Assembly (NCBI GenBank): GCA_031409275.1
Contig: JANNXA010000034.1
Location: 150,120 to 214,119, forward strand
Source of the DNA: Planctomycetota bacterium
Lineage (GTDB): Bacteria > Planctomycetota > B15-G4 > SIAN01
Direction of reading: 5' to 3'
DNA: 64,000 bases
Under the pieces are notes generated by a model. The model was not told the origin of the DNA. It searched no databases and saw only the letters and a list, made by a program, of their open reading frames with translations. The translations under genes were made by a program, and so were the position numbers. Position 1 is the stretch's first letter, and each line of letters opens with the position of its first letter. Of this stretch, positions 1 to 12,244 are shown piece by piece.

Positions 1-3
1 CTG

Positions 4-1440
4 TTGGTCACCGGGCTCGACTTCACGCTGCTCGATGAATCGGTGGCGCCGCCGCTGCGGCTGCCGCTCACCGACCTCGAGGTCGAGGTGCGTCGCTTCA
101 CGACCCGTGCCTTCACCGAGCCGCGGCCGATCCCATTCCGCGTCGGCGTGACCGCGGGCACCGTCGAATTGAAGAAGCGGGATGCTGGCACGCTGCTGGG
201 AGGCTTCCTGCGTGCTGCGGCCGGTGCGGTGGTCGGCTCCGCTGCGGAAGTCGAAGTCGAGCCTCGCGCCGCTTGGGAGGAGCTCGTGCTGCAGGGCTCC
301 GTCGCGCTGTTCCCGGGGCCGACCGGTTTCGTTCAGCTCGACGTGCGCGCGCTGGAACTGCAGGCCTTCAAGGGAGCGGCAGCCGCGAGCGGCGTCGAAA
401 TCGGCGATGGGCTGCTCGACACCAACGTGCGCGTGCAGTTGCGTGGTGCGAAAGGGATGGTGCTCGACTCCGACACCACCTTGACGTCGCTGTCGGTGAC
501 TGAGCCGCCCAACGGACCGATCGCGACCTACCTCAAGTTGCCGGCGCCGCTCGACTCGATCCTCTTCCTGCTGCGCAACGAGGACGACGAAACGCGATTG
601 CCCGTCCGCTTCGAGGTCGCGGGCGACGGCATGAGCGGCGGCGAGATCGCGCGCGTCGCCACGACGACTCTCTTGCGCCTCATCGCGGATGCGGTCGCGG
701 CGGCGCCGATGCGCGTCGCCTCGGGCGCGCTCGACGCCGTGCAGCTCAAGAACCTGCCCGGACTCTCGAGTGTTCCGGGACTCGGCAGCCTGCTCGGAAA
801 CGCGGAGCCGTTGCCGTTCGATGGAACGCCGGTGGTGCTGTCGCTCGAGGCGGGCGCCGCGGCGCTGCCAGCCGATGCGCTGACCGCGTTGGCGCCGATC
901 CTCGCGCAGCTGCGGGCCGATCCGAGCCTGTCGGTGGTGGTCGAGCATCAGTTCGGCGGCGCCGACTTCGAGCGCATGCGCCGCTGGTCGCAGCCGCAGG
1001 ACGACGACCTCGCCGATCTCGCGCGCAAGCTGCGCGCGCGGCGCGACGTGCTTGGAGCGCAACGGGAAGCGGCGGCGAGCGCCGCGCGCCTCGCGTTCGG
1101 CACGAACCGCAGTGGCGACGGCGCTGGCGGGGCGCAAGCGCGGACGGCTCAGGAGCGGCTGCGCGAACTCGAGCAGGAGCTCGCGCGGACCGAGGCGGCG
1201 CTCGATGCGACGCTGGCGCTGCATGGCGACAGTCGCCGCGGCGCCGCGCAGCGCGTGCGCGCGGGAGCGCAGGCGCTCGCAACGACACGGCTGGCGTCGG
1301 CGCGCGATCTGTTGATGGGCGCGGCGGTCGAGGCGATCGGGACGCGGCTCGACGTGAAGCGTCCGCGCGTCACGCCACCGGTCGGCAGCGACGGTGGATT
1401 CCTGATCGTCACGCCGCGCCAGAAGCGGGGCGCGAAGTAG
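4..1440 (+). CDS. DUF748/AsmA-like envelope protein, C-terminal part (5' end outside window)
   Basis: Long open frame from the window edge; beta-rich segments, then a coiled coil and an OmpA-like C-terminal region; family by resemblance only. Confidence 0.55.
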   Translation: MVTGLDFTLLDESVAPPLRLPLTDLEVEVRRFTTRAFTEPRPIPFRVGVTAGTVELKKRDAGTLLGGFLRAAAGAVVGSAAEVEVEPRAAWEELVLQGSVALFPGPTGFVQLDVRALELQAFKGAAAASGVEIGDGLLDTNVRVQLRGAKGMVLDSDTTLTSLSVTEPPNGPIATYLKLPAPLDSILFLLRNEDDETRLPVRFEVAGDGMSGGEIARVATTTLLRLIADAVAAAPMRVASGALDAVQLKNLPGLSSVPGLGSLLGNAEPLPFDGTPVVLSLEAGAAALPADALTALAPILAQLRADPSLSVVVEHQFGGADFERMRRWSQPQDDDLADLARKLRARRDVLGAQREAAASAARLAFGTNRSGDGAGGAQARTAQERLRELEQELARTEAALDATLALHGDSRRGAAQRVRAGAQALATTRLASARDLLMGAAVEAIGTRLDVKRPRVTPPVGSDGGFLIVTPRQKRGAK

Positions 1441-1449
1441 GCGCGCCGC

Positions 1450-1821
1450 TCACGGCTTCGCGGCTGCGCCCTCGATCTGGCCGCCCACCTCGGTGATGAC
1501 CGGATGCACGAAGAAGCTGAGCGGCGGCAGGATGAACCAGAGCGTCAGCTTCGACGTCTCGGCGATGTCGACGCGCTTGCCGCCGCGGCCGCTCGCCTCC
1601 TTGGTGAACTCGGTGACGGTGCTCTCGAGGGAGCCGTCGCCGAAGATCGGGTAGACGAAGAGCCCGTGGAGCGCGTACGACGTCGTCGTCTGGTACTCGA
1701 TCGGTTCGCCGCGGATGCCAGGCACTCCCGACAGGTCGCTGCAGTGGGTGTGGGTCACGCAGCCGGCCAGCGGCAACGCGAGGACGATCAGGCCGGCAGC
1801 AGCTTGCAGTGAACGGTGCAT
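1450..1821 (-). CDS. Small lipoprotein (TRL-like)
   Basis: Signal peptide with lipobox LAGC; 123 aa. Confidence 0.7.
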   Translation of the reverse strand: MHRSLQAAAGLIVLALPLAGCVTHTHCSDLSGVPGIRGEPIEYQTTTSYALHGLFVYPIFGDGSLESTVTEFTKEASGRGGKRVDIAETSKLTLWFILPPLSFFVHPVITEVGGQIEGAAAKP

Positions 1822-2058
1822 CGCGGACTCCTCGAATGGAAGGAGCCGGCGAGTGTAAGAGCGCCTAGCAGAATGGACGCGTCGCGCCGAGACCGAGCGA
1901 GGCCGCCCAGGACGAGGAGGCCGAAGCAGGCGACTCCGAAGAGTCGCCGATGGAGGTCGACGAAGTCATGGGTGGCCGCAGCCGGTCGAACGCAGCGGAC
2001 ATTCTGTTCGGCGCTCGAAGAGTCTGCCGCGCGTGCGCGAGCGCGACGGCGCCGCGCC

Positions 2059-3124
2059 TCAGCTGTTGACCGGCATCGGCTTGCGCTGTTCGAAGCGCAC
2101 GCGGCTGCGGGCGGCGGCGACCGCCTCCTCGCGGCTGATCACGCCTTCGCGCAGCAGGAGGTCGAGCGAGTCGTCGAGTCGCCACATTCCCCTCTCGCGA
2201 CCGCCCTGGAGGCAGTTGGGAATCTCGTGCGTACGCCCCTCGCGAATCAGCGATTGGATCGCGGGCGTCGTCAGCAGCAGCTCCGTGGCAGCGACGCGTC
2301 CGTGGCGGTCTGCGCGCGTCAGCAGCGTCTGCGACAGCACGCCCTGCAGCGATTCGGCGAGCATCGCGCGCACCTGGTCCTGCTCGGCGATGGGGAAGAT
2401 GTCGATCACGCGGTCGATCGACTGCGAGGCGTCGTTGGTGTGCAGCGTGGCGAAGACCAGCATCCCGGTCTCGGCGGCGGAGAGCGCGGCGCGCGTCGTC
2501 TCGAGGTCGCGCAACTCGCCGATCAGCAGCACGTTGACGTCGGCGCGCAGCGCGTCGCGCACGCCGCTCGGGAAGTCGGGGACGTCGTCGCCGATGCAGC
2601 GCTGGTGGACCATCGAGCGCAGGTTCACATGGATGAACTCGACGGGATCCTCGATGGTGACGATGTGGCGCATGTACTGGCCGTTGATCACGTCGATCAA
2701 GGCGGCGAGCGTCGAGCTCTTGCCCGAGCCGGTCGATCCGGTCACCAGCACGAGGCCGTTGCGGACGTGAGCGAGCTCGTCGACTCCTTTGGGGATCCCG
2801 AGCTGATCCAGCGAACGGATCCCCGACTCGATGCGACGGAAGCTCGCCGCGAGGCCGGTGATGCCGCGGTAGTAGTTGACGCGGAAGCGCGTGCCATCCT
2901 CAGCGACGCAGGCGCAGTCGACTTCGCCGTGCTCCTCGAAGCGCTGGCGCTGCCCGTCGTGCAGCGACTGGTCGATCAGAGCGGCGAGGTCAGAGCGCTC
3001 GGCCACCGGCAGCCCTTCCGCGATCTGCAGCTCGCCATGAACGCGCACGCGCGGAGGCAGGCCGACGTGCAGGTGCAGGTCGGAGGCGCCCATCTCGTTC
3101 ACCAGGCGGAACAGGGCGGCGAGA

Positions 3125-3132
<8 letters not shown>
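2059..3132 (-). CDS. pilT: PilT/PilU family type IV pilus retraction ATPase
   Basis: ASDLHL, Walker A GSTGSGKSST, TIEDPVE, GELRD, TLHTN, AIQSLIRE; GTG start at 3132 with GGAGGAGG RBS, overlapping the upstream stop. Confidence 0.9.
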
Positions 3133-4444
<1,312 letters not shown>

Positions 4445-4552
4445 GGGGTGAGGACCTCGGCATCGATGTCGACCAATTCAGGCCGCAGGCCGAAATCGCC
4501 CGGGAGGGAAAGATCGGAATCCAAACTTTTTCTTTTTTTCGGAAGAAGCCTC

Positions 4553-4577
4553 AAACCAACTGGACGTTTAGGTCGTA
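4553..4577 (+). promoter_or_regulatory. Possible ECF-sigma promoter for the fasciclin gene
   Basis: AAAC-N17-CGTA in the AT-rich divergent intergenic region. Confidence 0.3.
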
Positions 4578-4664
4578 CTGTTGGACGAGTTGACCGTTTT
4601 AAGGGAACGCGAGCACCCGCAACTGCGGCCCAGCTCGCTTCAAGAACCACGGAGGATTCGTTCG

Positions 4665-5540
4665 ATGTTGAGCCTTCTCTCGTTTGCCTTCGCCGCAGCG
4701 CTCCCGACCACCGGTGGCACCGACATCGTCGACACCGCAGTCGGCGCCGGGAAGTTCAAGACGCTCGTCGCCGCCGTGCAGGCCGCGAAGCTCGTCGACA
4801 CGCTGAAGAGCGCCGGCCCGTTCACGGTGTTCGCGCCGAATGACGACGCGTTCGCCAAGCTCCCGGCCGGCACGGTCGAGATGCTGCTCAAGCCCGAGAA
4901 CCTCGCGAAGCTGCAGGGCGTCCTCGGCTACCACGTCGTCGCCGGCAAGTGGCTCGCGAAGGACGTCTCCACGATGACCGGCGCGGTGACCGTGAATGGT
5001 CAGCGCCTCGACTTCAAGATCGATGAAGGCAGCGTTCGCATCGATGGCGCCAAGGTGATCCAGGCCGACATCGAATGCAGCAACGGCGTGATCCACGTGA
5101 TCGACAGCGTCGTGATGCCGTCCGCGAAGAACATCGTCGAGACCGCCGCGGGCGCCGGCTCCTTCAAGACCCTGCTCGCTGCCGCGACGGCCGCCGGCCT
5201 CGCCGAGACGCTGGCCAAGGATGGGCCTTACACCGTCTTCGCGCCGACCGACGAAGCGTTCGCGAAGCTCCCCGCCGGCACGGTCGAGAACCTGCTCAAG
5301 CCGGAGAACAAGGACAAGCTCGTCTCCATCCTGAAGCTGCACGTCGTCAAGGGCCGCGTCTACAGCACCGAAGCGCTGAAAGCCGGCATGGCGACCAGCC
5401 TCTCGGCGGCCTCGCTCGCCATCGTCAAGGGTGAGAAGAGCGCGACCGTGAATGGCAGCGTCCTCCTCGCCACCGACATCGATGCTTCGAATGGCGTCAT
5501 CCACGTCATCGACACCGTGATCCTGCCCAAGGCGAACTGA
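4665..5540 (+). CDS. Secreted fasciclin (FAS1) protein, two domains
   Basis: Two copies of TVFAP(N/T)DxAF ... [11 protein letters not shown]; signal peptide; GGAGG RBS before ATG 4665. Confidence 0.93.
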   Translation: MLSLLSFAFAAALPTTGGTDIVDTAVGAGKFKTLVAAVQAAKLVDTLKSAGPFTVFAPNDDAFAKLPAGTVEMLLKPENLAKLQGVLGYHVVAGKWLAKDVSTMTGAVTVNGQRLDFKIDEGSVRIDGAKVIQADIECSNGVIHVIDSVVMPSAKNIVETAAGAGSFKTLLAAATAAGLAETLAKDGPYTVFAPTDEAFAKLPAGTVENLLKPENKDKLVSILKLHVVKGRVYSTEALKAGMATSLSAASLAIVKGEKSATVNGSVLLATDIDASNGVIHVIDTVILPKAN

Positions 5541-5654
5541 TCTCAAGACCCTCTCGCGGGGCGGCGAACGGGACAGCGCCTTTGAGGCGCGCCGCGCGTC
5601 GCCCCGCTCTGTTTTGCCACCGCCGTGCTTACTGCGGTTTCTCAGGAGTTTCGA

Positions 5655-6224
5655 ATGCGTCGACTGGTTGCACTGGCGCTGGTGTTGGCGGGAGCGGCTG
5701 CCTGTCGCTCCGAGCGCGCGGCGCCGCCGGCCCTCGATGGCGCGACGTTCCCGTCCGTCACGTCCGAGGCGCTCGATGGCAAGCGCTGGAACCTGCCCGC
5801 CGATCTGGCGGGAGCGCCGGCCATCCTGCTGGTCGCGTTCGAGCAGGACGGCCAGTTCGACTGCGATCGCTGGCTGCTCGGCCTCGCCCAGGCAAAGACG
5901 CCGGTCAAGGTCCTCGAAGTGCCGACCATTCCCGGAATGGTCCCTGGCCTGTTCGCGGGCACCATCGACTCCGGCATGCGCAACGGCATCCCGTCGGAAG
6001 ATTGGGGCGTCGTCGTGACGCTCTATGGCGACGCCGCCCGACAGGTGTTCGATTTCACCGGCGGCGTCTCCGATCGCAACGCACGCGTACTGCTGCTCGA
6101 CGGTGAAGGGCGCGTGGCGTGGCATCACTCGCGCGGCTACTCGGCGCGATTGCTGGTCGACCTCGATGCGCGCGCGCGCGAACTCAGCGCGGTGCCGGTT
6201 CCGGAGGCGTCGCCGAAGCGTTGA
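5655..6224 (+). CDS. Thioredoxin-fold (ATP10-like) lipoprotein
   Basis: Lipobox-like AAAC; FPSV..EALDG...LPAD; VLLLDGEGRVAW; AGGAG RBS. Confidence 0.65.
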   Translation: MRRLVALALVLAGAAACRSERAAPPALDGATFPSVTSEALDGKRWNLPADLAGAPAILLVAFEQDGQFDCDRWLLGLAQAKTPVKVLEVPTIPGMVPGLFAGTIDSGMRNGIPSEDWGVVVTLYGDAARQVFDFTGGVSDRNARVLLLDGEGRVAWHHSRGYSARLLVDLDARARELSAVPVPEASPKR

Positions 6225-7680
6225 CGTGGCGCTCGGCGTAACGGCGAATCCCGGCGAGCATCCCGTTGAACACGATCGCGTGGAGCGGGACGACGGCGTA
6301 CCAGTAGGCGAGGCCCGCGAGGCCCTTCGGCCGGAAGCGCGCGGTCTGGATCAGCCGCGTGCCGGTGCCGGAGGGCTCGAGTTCGAAGGTCAGCGTCGCG
6401 ATCCCGGGCAGCTTCATCTCCGCGCGCAGTTCGAGGCGTTTGCCGTCTTCGAGTCCGGTGACGCGCCAGAAGTCGAGCGCCTCGCCGAAACCGACCGCGT
6501 CGGGATCCTTGCGCCGTCGTCGCAGGCCCGGTCCACCGACCAGCCGGTCGATCAGGCCGCGTGCACGCCACAGCAGATCGGCCGCGTAGTAGCCATGCCC
6601 GCCGCCGATCCGGACGACCGCGGCGAAGACCGCCGGCGCCGCCGCCGCCACGTCGCAGCTGCGGCGATCGACGAAGACGCGGCCGCCCGCCCAGTCGGGA
6701 TCGCCGGGGATTGCGCCAGCATCGCTCCACGCCGACTCAAGCCCTCCTGCGCGCTCCTTCGCCAACGCCTTCGCGATGGCGACGCGCACCGGCAGTCGCG
6801 CTCCCGGAAGCAGTTCCAGCGCGCGTGGATCGCGGCAGACCACGCGGTTGCGCAGCCCTTCGGCGAGCGGTCGCGCGATCGCGTGGTCGATCGGCGTGAC
6901 GAGGTGGATCCACAGCGAGGAGAGCCGCGGCGTGAGGACCGGCAGCGGCACGATGAGGCGCCGGCGCAACCCGAGTTCCTCCTGCATCACGTGCATCAGG
7001 TCGAGGTAGCTCAGCACGTCGGGGCCGCCGATGTCGAGCGTCGCGCCGATCGTGGCGGGCACGTCGAGGCAGCGGACCAACGCATCGAGGACGTCGGCGA
7101 CGGCGATCGGCTGCGATTCCGTGGTCACCCAGCGCGGGGTCACCATGACGGGCAGCCGCTCCACCAGGTAGCGCAGGATCTCGAACGACGCGCTGCCGGA
7201 GCCGAGGATCATCGCGGCGCGCAGGACGGTGAGCGGAACGCCGCCGCTCGCCAGAGCGGTCTCGACCTCGCGTCGCGAGGCGAGGTGTTCGGAGAGCCCA
7301 TCGCCGAGCTCGCCAAGGCCACCGAGGTAGATCAGGCGGCTGACGTTGGCGCGCTTCGCGGCCGCGGCGAACCCCGCTGCGAGGCGCTGGTCATGGCCGC
7401 GGAACTCGCGGCCCGCCGTCATCATCGAGTGGATCAGGTAGTAGGCCGCTTCGCAGCCCGCCATCGCCCGCGTCAACGCCGCTTCGTCGCCGACGTCGCA
7501 TTCGACGACGCGCAGTCGCGGATGGTGGATCCAGGTGCGCGCGCTGAGTTTGCGGGCATCGCGCGCGGCGCAGACCACCTCGTGCCCGGCGTCGAGCAGA
7601 CGTGGCACCAGGCGCCCACCGATGTAGCCCGTCGCGCCGGTGACGAAGAGGCGCCGGATGGGCTGGGCTGGATCGTTCAC
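6184..7680 (-). CDS. SDR family oxidoreductase with C-terminal DUF2867 (YbjT-like)
   Basis: VTGATGYIGG, GSGSASFE, LDFWRV, LRAEMKLPG; GTGA overlap with the upstream regulator. Confidence 0.88.
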   Translation of the reverse strand: MNDPAQPIRRLFVTGATGYIGGRLVPRLLDAGHEVVCAARDARKLSARTWIHHPRLRVVECDVGDEAALTRAMAGCEAAYYLIHSMMTAGREFRGHDQRLAAGFAAAAKRANVSRLIYLGGLGELGDGLSEHLASRREVETALASGGVPLTVLRAAMILGSGSASFEILRYLVERLPVMVTPRWVTTESQPIAVADVLDALVRCLDVPATIGATLDIGGPDVLSYLDLMHVMQEELGLRRRLIVPLPVLTPRLSSLWIHLVTPIDHAIARPLAEGLRNRVVCRDPRALELLPGARLPVRVAIAKALAKERAGGLESAWSDAGAIPGDPDWAGGRVFVDRRSCDVAAAAPAVFAAVVRIGGGHGYYAADLLWRARGLIDRLVGGPGLRRRRKDPDAVGFGEALDFWRVTGLEDGKRLELRAEMKLPGIATLTFELEPSGTGTRLIQTARFRPKGLAGLAYWYAVVPLHAIVFNGMLAGIRRYAERHVNASATPPEPAPR

Positions 7681-8564
7681 GCGTGCCGATCGGAGCTGGC
7701 TCGCGCGCGGTCCTGCAGCGAGGCGAGCGAATCCTCGATCACGACCCGCTGCGGATCGAGCGGCAATCGGGCGTCGCGCAGCTGGCCGCTGACGCGTCCA
7801 CCGATCACCAGCAACGTGCGCTCTTCCGCGAGCGCCGCGGCAAGCTCCTCGACGTAGGAGCGCGCCGCGCCGCGCGGCTCGTCGGAGGAGATCGAGATCC
7901 AGACCATCGCCGGTTGCCAGCGCTTCGTCGCCGCGACGACGGCGGCGACGGGCAAGCGTGCCCCGAGGTTGATCGTGCGCCAGCCCGCCTGCTGCAGCGT
8001 CATCGACGCCAGTTGGCTCGGGATCTGGTAGGGATCCCATTCGGGCGACCCGCCGATCGCCAGCGGCCCATCGCTCACCGGCAGCAGTCGAGTGATCTCG
8101 TGCAGCGCATGCAGGCACGCTTCCGTCGCCGCGTGCTCGATGACGATCCCGTCCGGTCCGTGGTGCCACAGCTCGCCGAGGTGCTCGAGCGCCGGTTGCA
8201 GGACGTCGCGCGCGAGCGTGACGAGCTCCACCCCATCGACGAAGGCATGCAGCAGCACGGCGTGCGCTTCCGCGAGCTGCCCGTCGACGAGGAAGCGGGC
8301 GAGCGTTCGCGCGTGTTCATGAGTCGGGAGCCGGGCGAGCTGTCGACCGCGTGCCGGCAGGCCGAGCAGTTCCGGACGTACGACTTCGTGGTGCTGTTTC
8401 TGGATGAAACGAATCGCTTCCGGCAGACGGATGCGGCGATGGCCGCCGCTCGTGCGAACGAGCTTCAGCTGTCCGGAGTCGGCCCACCGCTTCACCGATG
8501 ATTCGGAAACGCCGATCGCCGCGCCGAGGTCGCGCGGGCTCAGGAAGACCGGCAGGGAGGTCAT
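7677..8564 (-). CDS. MerR-type HTH, cobalamin-binding regulator (CarH/LitR-like)
   Basis: HTH GVSESSVKRW..RTSGGHRR; W-x9-EH motif (WHHGPDGIVIEH); Rossmann-like B12 domain; alternative start at 8600. Confidence 0.8.
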   Translation of the reverse strand: MTSLPVFLSPRDLGAAIGVSESSVKRWADSGQLKLVRTSGGHRRIRLPEAIRFIQKQHHEVVRPELLGLPARGRQLARLPTHEHARTLARFLVDGQLAEAHAVLLHAFVDGVELVTLARDVLQPALEHLGELWHHGPDGIVIEHAATEACLHALHEITRLLPVSDGPLAIGGSPEWDPYQIPSQLASMTLQQAGWRTINLGARLPVAAVVAATKRWQPAMVWISISSDEPRGAARSYVEELAAALAEERTLLVIGGRVSGQLRDARLPLDPQRVVIEDSLASLQDRARASSDRHA

Positions 8565-8947
8565 CGAACCAGGAGGGGAGGACGGTGAGGGATCGACCAT
8601 GGATCTTCTCGGCGGGAGGAGCTGCGCGCGGGTTTCCGGGACGTGTCGGAATCTGAACGATTTGGTTGTTTTATAGGAGGAGTTGCTGTGCCGCCAGTGG
8701 GCAGGCGCGCGAAATCGTGAAGCGAAGTGATGACGATGACGAGGTCTCCCGCGCGCCACTCCGCGGCGGCGCTCGGCAGCCGCCGCCCGATCTTCAGCCC
8801 CTCGAACTCGGCAGGTGAGAGAGCGTCCGGAGTGGCGCCGGGCCGCCGCGTCTCCACCCCTGCAACCGTCGCGTGGATGTTTTTGGGGCCGCTACAGTCC
8901 GCACCTCACGACGCCGTGGTGCCGTTGGCGGCCAAGAGGAGGATGCG

Positions 8948-11053
8948 ATGGTCCAAGCCTGGTTCGCCGCGTTGCTGGCGGCTCCGTTCGTCACGCTGAC
9001 GCCGGAGGTCCCGAAGGTCGGCGCCGACGTGCCTCCATTCCGGATGGCCGACCAGGATGGCCGCCTGATCAGCGCCGCGTCGCTGCAGGGCAAGCGCTAT
9101 CTGCTGGCCTTCTATCCCAAGGATTTCACCCCTGGCTGAACCAAGGAGCTCTCGGACCTGCGGGACAGGTTCGCCGAGTTCAAGTCGCGCGGCGTGATGG
9201 TCTTCGGTGTGGCGCTCGATGGGGTCGAGTCGCATCGCAAGTTCTGCGACTCGCTTGCCTTGCCCTTCCAGCTCCTCACCGACGAGGAGGGGCGCGCGTC
9301 GCGCGACTTCGGGGTCTTCCTCGAAGCGATGGGTGGCATCGCGCGTCGCACCATGTTCCTGGTCGGTGCCGGCGGCAAGCTCGACTACGTCGACGAGGCC
9401 TATGAACTGAAGAGCGACGCCGATTGGGAGGCGCTGCTCGCCGCGCTTGGGCCGCGGCCGGAAGTGCCAGGCGCGACCGCACTCATCCCCGAGAAACTCG
9501 ACGGCGAGGCAATCCGCAAGGATCTCCAGAAGCTGGCGTCGGACGAGTTCGAGGGGCGTGGCGTCGGCACGCGAGCCGAGCGGTTCACGGTCGACTACCT
9601 CGTCGAGCAGCTGACGGCGGCTGGCTTCGCGCCCGGCAACGGCCCGAGCTTCGTGCAGCAGGTGCCGCTGGTCAGCGTCCAGAAGGCGAAGTCGCCGCAA
9701 CTCGAACTTGGCAAGGTGCCGCAGCGCTTTCTCGATGACTTCGTGGTGATGACGCGGCGGCAGAAGGAAGCGGCGCTGAAGGCCAGCGGCGAGCTCGTCT
9801 TCGTCGGCTACGGCTGCAGTGCGCCCGAGTTCCGTTGGGACGACTACGCCGGACTCGATGTGAAAGGCAAGGTCGTGGTCTGCCTGGTCAACGATCCGCC
9901 GCTCGCCGATGGCCGCTTCGGCGGCAAGGCGATGACCTACTACGGACGCTGGAACTACAAGTTCGAGGAGGCGGCGCGCCGTGGTGCCGCCGGTTGCCTG
10001 ATCGTGCACGAGACCGAGCCGGCCGCCTATCCGTGGGAGGTCGTTCGCAACAGCTGGGGCGGCGAGCAGTTCGATTTCGCGCGCGCCGATGGCGGCGCTT
10101 CGCGCTGCGCCTTCGAAGGCTGGATCACGCGCGAGGCCGCGGTCGATCTCTTCCGTCGCAGCGGCGGTGGACTCGATTTCGATGCGGTGCACGCCGCGGC
10201 CGGCCAGGACGGCTTCCGTCCGGTCGCGCTTGGCCTCGACGCCAGCGTCCAGATCGAGCAGAAGGTCGCACCGATCGTGTCGCGCAACGTGCTCGGCGTG
10301 CTGCCGGGCTGCGATCCGCGCCAGAGCGGCGAATTCGTGCTCTTCTGCGCGCACTGGGACCACTTCGGCATCGATCTGACCAAGGTCGGCGACCAGATCC
10401 TGAACGGAGCGGTCGACAACGCGAGCGGTTGCGCTGGCCTGCTGGAGCTGGCGCGCGCTCTGGGTCGTGCGCCGCGTCCAGGCCGCTCGGTGGCCGTGCT
10501 CTTCGTCACCGCCGAGGAGCGCGGTCTGCTCGGCTCGCAGTGGTACGCCGAACATCCGCTGATCCCGCTCGAGCGGACGCTCGCCGCGATCAACCTCGAC
10601 GGGATCAACGTGTGGGGGCGCACGCGCGACCTCGCCGTCATCGGGATGGGGCAGTCCGATCTCGAAGAGCGGCTCGGCGCGGCGATCGTCGCGCAGGGGC
10701 GAACGCTTGTGGCCGACCCGGAGCCCGAGAAGGGCTCCTACTTCCGCTCCGACCAGCTGAGCTTCGCCAAGAAGGGCGTGCCGGCGCTCTATGTGAAGCA
10801 GGGCGTCGACTTCATCGGGCAAGGAGCCGAGTACGGCCTCGAGATCCGCCGCAGCTACACCGCAGAGCGTTATCACAAGCCGGGCGATGAGTTCGATCCG
10901 AGCTGGGTGTTCGATGGCGCAGTCGAGGACCTTTCGGCGCTCCTCTTCGTGGCGCGCGGCGTGTTGGCCAGCGAGCAGTGGCCGCAATGGAACGCAACCT
11001 CGGAGTTCAAGGCGCTGCGGCCGCAGGCGGGGCCCGCGGCAACCGGCCGCTGA
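8948..11053 (+). CDS. Selenocysteine-containing BCP/PrxQ peroxiredoxin fused to PA-domain M28 peptidase (UGA 9137-9139 = Sec64)
   Basis: FYPKDFTPG-UGA-TKE places UGA at the peroxidatic Cys; frame continues into M28 motifs AHWDH, GAVDNASG, AEERGLLGS, RSD, YH; GAGGAGG RBS. Confidence 0.85.
9151..9178 (+). other. Bacterial SECIS-like hairpin
   Basis: CTCGG-ACCTG-[CGGGA]-CAGGT-tcg-CCGAG; loop starts 21 nt after UGA and has G at position 2. Confidence 0.75.
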
Positions 11054-11070
11054 GCGAAGGAGGAGATCCC

Positions 11071-11670
11071 GTGTTCGTCGTCATCGATTGCGAGACCACC
11101 GGCCTGCCGCGCTCGTGGAGCGCGCCGAAGAGCGATCTCTCCAACTGGCCGCGCGTGGTCCAGCTGGCATGGGCGAGCTTCGACGCGCAAGGCAAGGCGA
11201 TGACGGCGCGCAGCCTTCTCGTGCGTCCCGACGGATTCACCATTCCCGCAGACGCCGTCCGCGTGCACGGCGTCTCGACCGAGCGCGCCCTGCGCGAAGG
11301 GTCACCGCTGGCCGAAGTGCTGTCGGCCTTCGCTGCGGCCATGAAGCCGGCGCGGTTCGTGGTGGCGCACAACCTCTCCTACGACGAGTCGGTGCTCGGC
11401 GCCGAGTTCGCGCGCGCGCGCCGTCCCGATCCCTTCGAAGGCAAGCAGCGCCTCTGCACCATGAAGGCGTCGACCGAGCTATGCGCGATCCCGGCCGAGA
11501 AGGGCTTCAAGTGGCCCAAGCTCCACGAACTCCACGCGAGGCTCTTCGGTCAGCCATCGGAGGAGCGGCACGAGGCGGCGTACGACGTCGACGTGTGCGC
11601 CAGGTGCTTCTTCGAGCTCCGGCGCCTCGGCGTGGTCAAGACCGCGCGTGAGCAGAGCCTTTTCGGGTAG
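11071..11670 (+). CDS. DEDDh 3'-5' exonuclease (DnaQ-like)
   Basis: IDCETTG, VAHNLSYD, HEAAYDV; GTG start with GGAGGAG RBS. Confidence 0.88.
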   Translation: MFVVIDCETTGLPRSWSAPKSDLSNWPRVVQLAWASFDAQGKAMTARSLLVRPDGFTIPADAVRVHGVSTERALREGSPLAEVLSAFAAAMKPARFVVAHNLSYDESVLGAEFARARRPDPFEGKQRLCTMKASTELCAIPAEKGFKWPKLHELHARLFGQPSEERHEAAYDVDVCARCFFELRRLGVVKTAREQSLFG

Positions 11671-11782
11671 CAGCGGCTCGGCGCACGATTTCATGGTCGG
11701 GAAAACGATCGGCGACTCGTCGGTAATGGAGCGGCGGCGCCGCGAGTGGCGCCGTCCTTCACAACCTCTTCAGGAGTGACGT

Positions 11783-12244
11783 ATGGACATGGAGATGCCC
11801 AAGCCCGGTCCCGCTCATCAGCAGCTCGCCAAGCTCGCCGGCCAGTGGACCGGCACCGAGACGATGCACCCGTCGCCGTGGGATCCGCAGGGCGGTCCCG
11901 CGACCGGCAAGGTGAACAACCGTGTCGCGCTCGACGGTTTCAACGTCATCCAGGATTACGAGCAGACGCGCGGCGGCGTCGTCACGTTCCGCGGCCACGG
12001 CGTCTTCTCCGTCGATTCGGAAAGCGGTCAGCCGACCCTGCACTGGTGGGATTCGATGGGCTGCACGGCGAGCCTCTTCACCGGCGCCTGGAATGGCAAC
12101 ACCCTGGTGATGACCAGCCAGTCGCCGATGGGCCACTCGCGCTGCACCTTCGGCCTCGCCGGCGCTCGCTACACCTTCCTGATGGAGATGTCGCAGGACG
12201 GGAAGCAGTGGGCGCCCGCAATGTCCGGCAGCTACACGAAGTAG
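11783..12244 (+). CDS. DUF1579 family protein
   Basis: MPKPGPAHQQLAKLAGQW, WWDSMG; AGGAG RBS. Confidence 0.8.
   Translation: MDMEMPKPGPAHQQLAKLAGQWTGTETMHPSPWDPQGGPATGKVNNRVALDGFNVIQDYEQTRGGVVTFRGHGVFSVDSESGQPTLHWWDSMGCTASLFTGAWNGNTLVMTSQSPMGHSRCTFGLAGARYTFLMEMSQDGKQWAPAMSGSYTK

Noticed and set aside
4561..4596. TGGACG-type repeats as a possible CarH operator
   Set aside because: Spacing is irregular (9/12/9) rather than the 11-bp direct-repeat period
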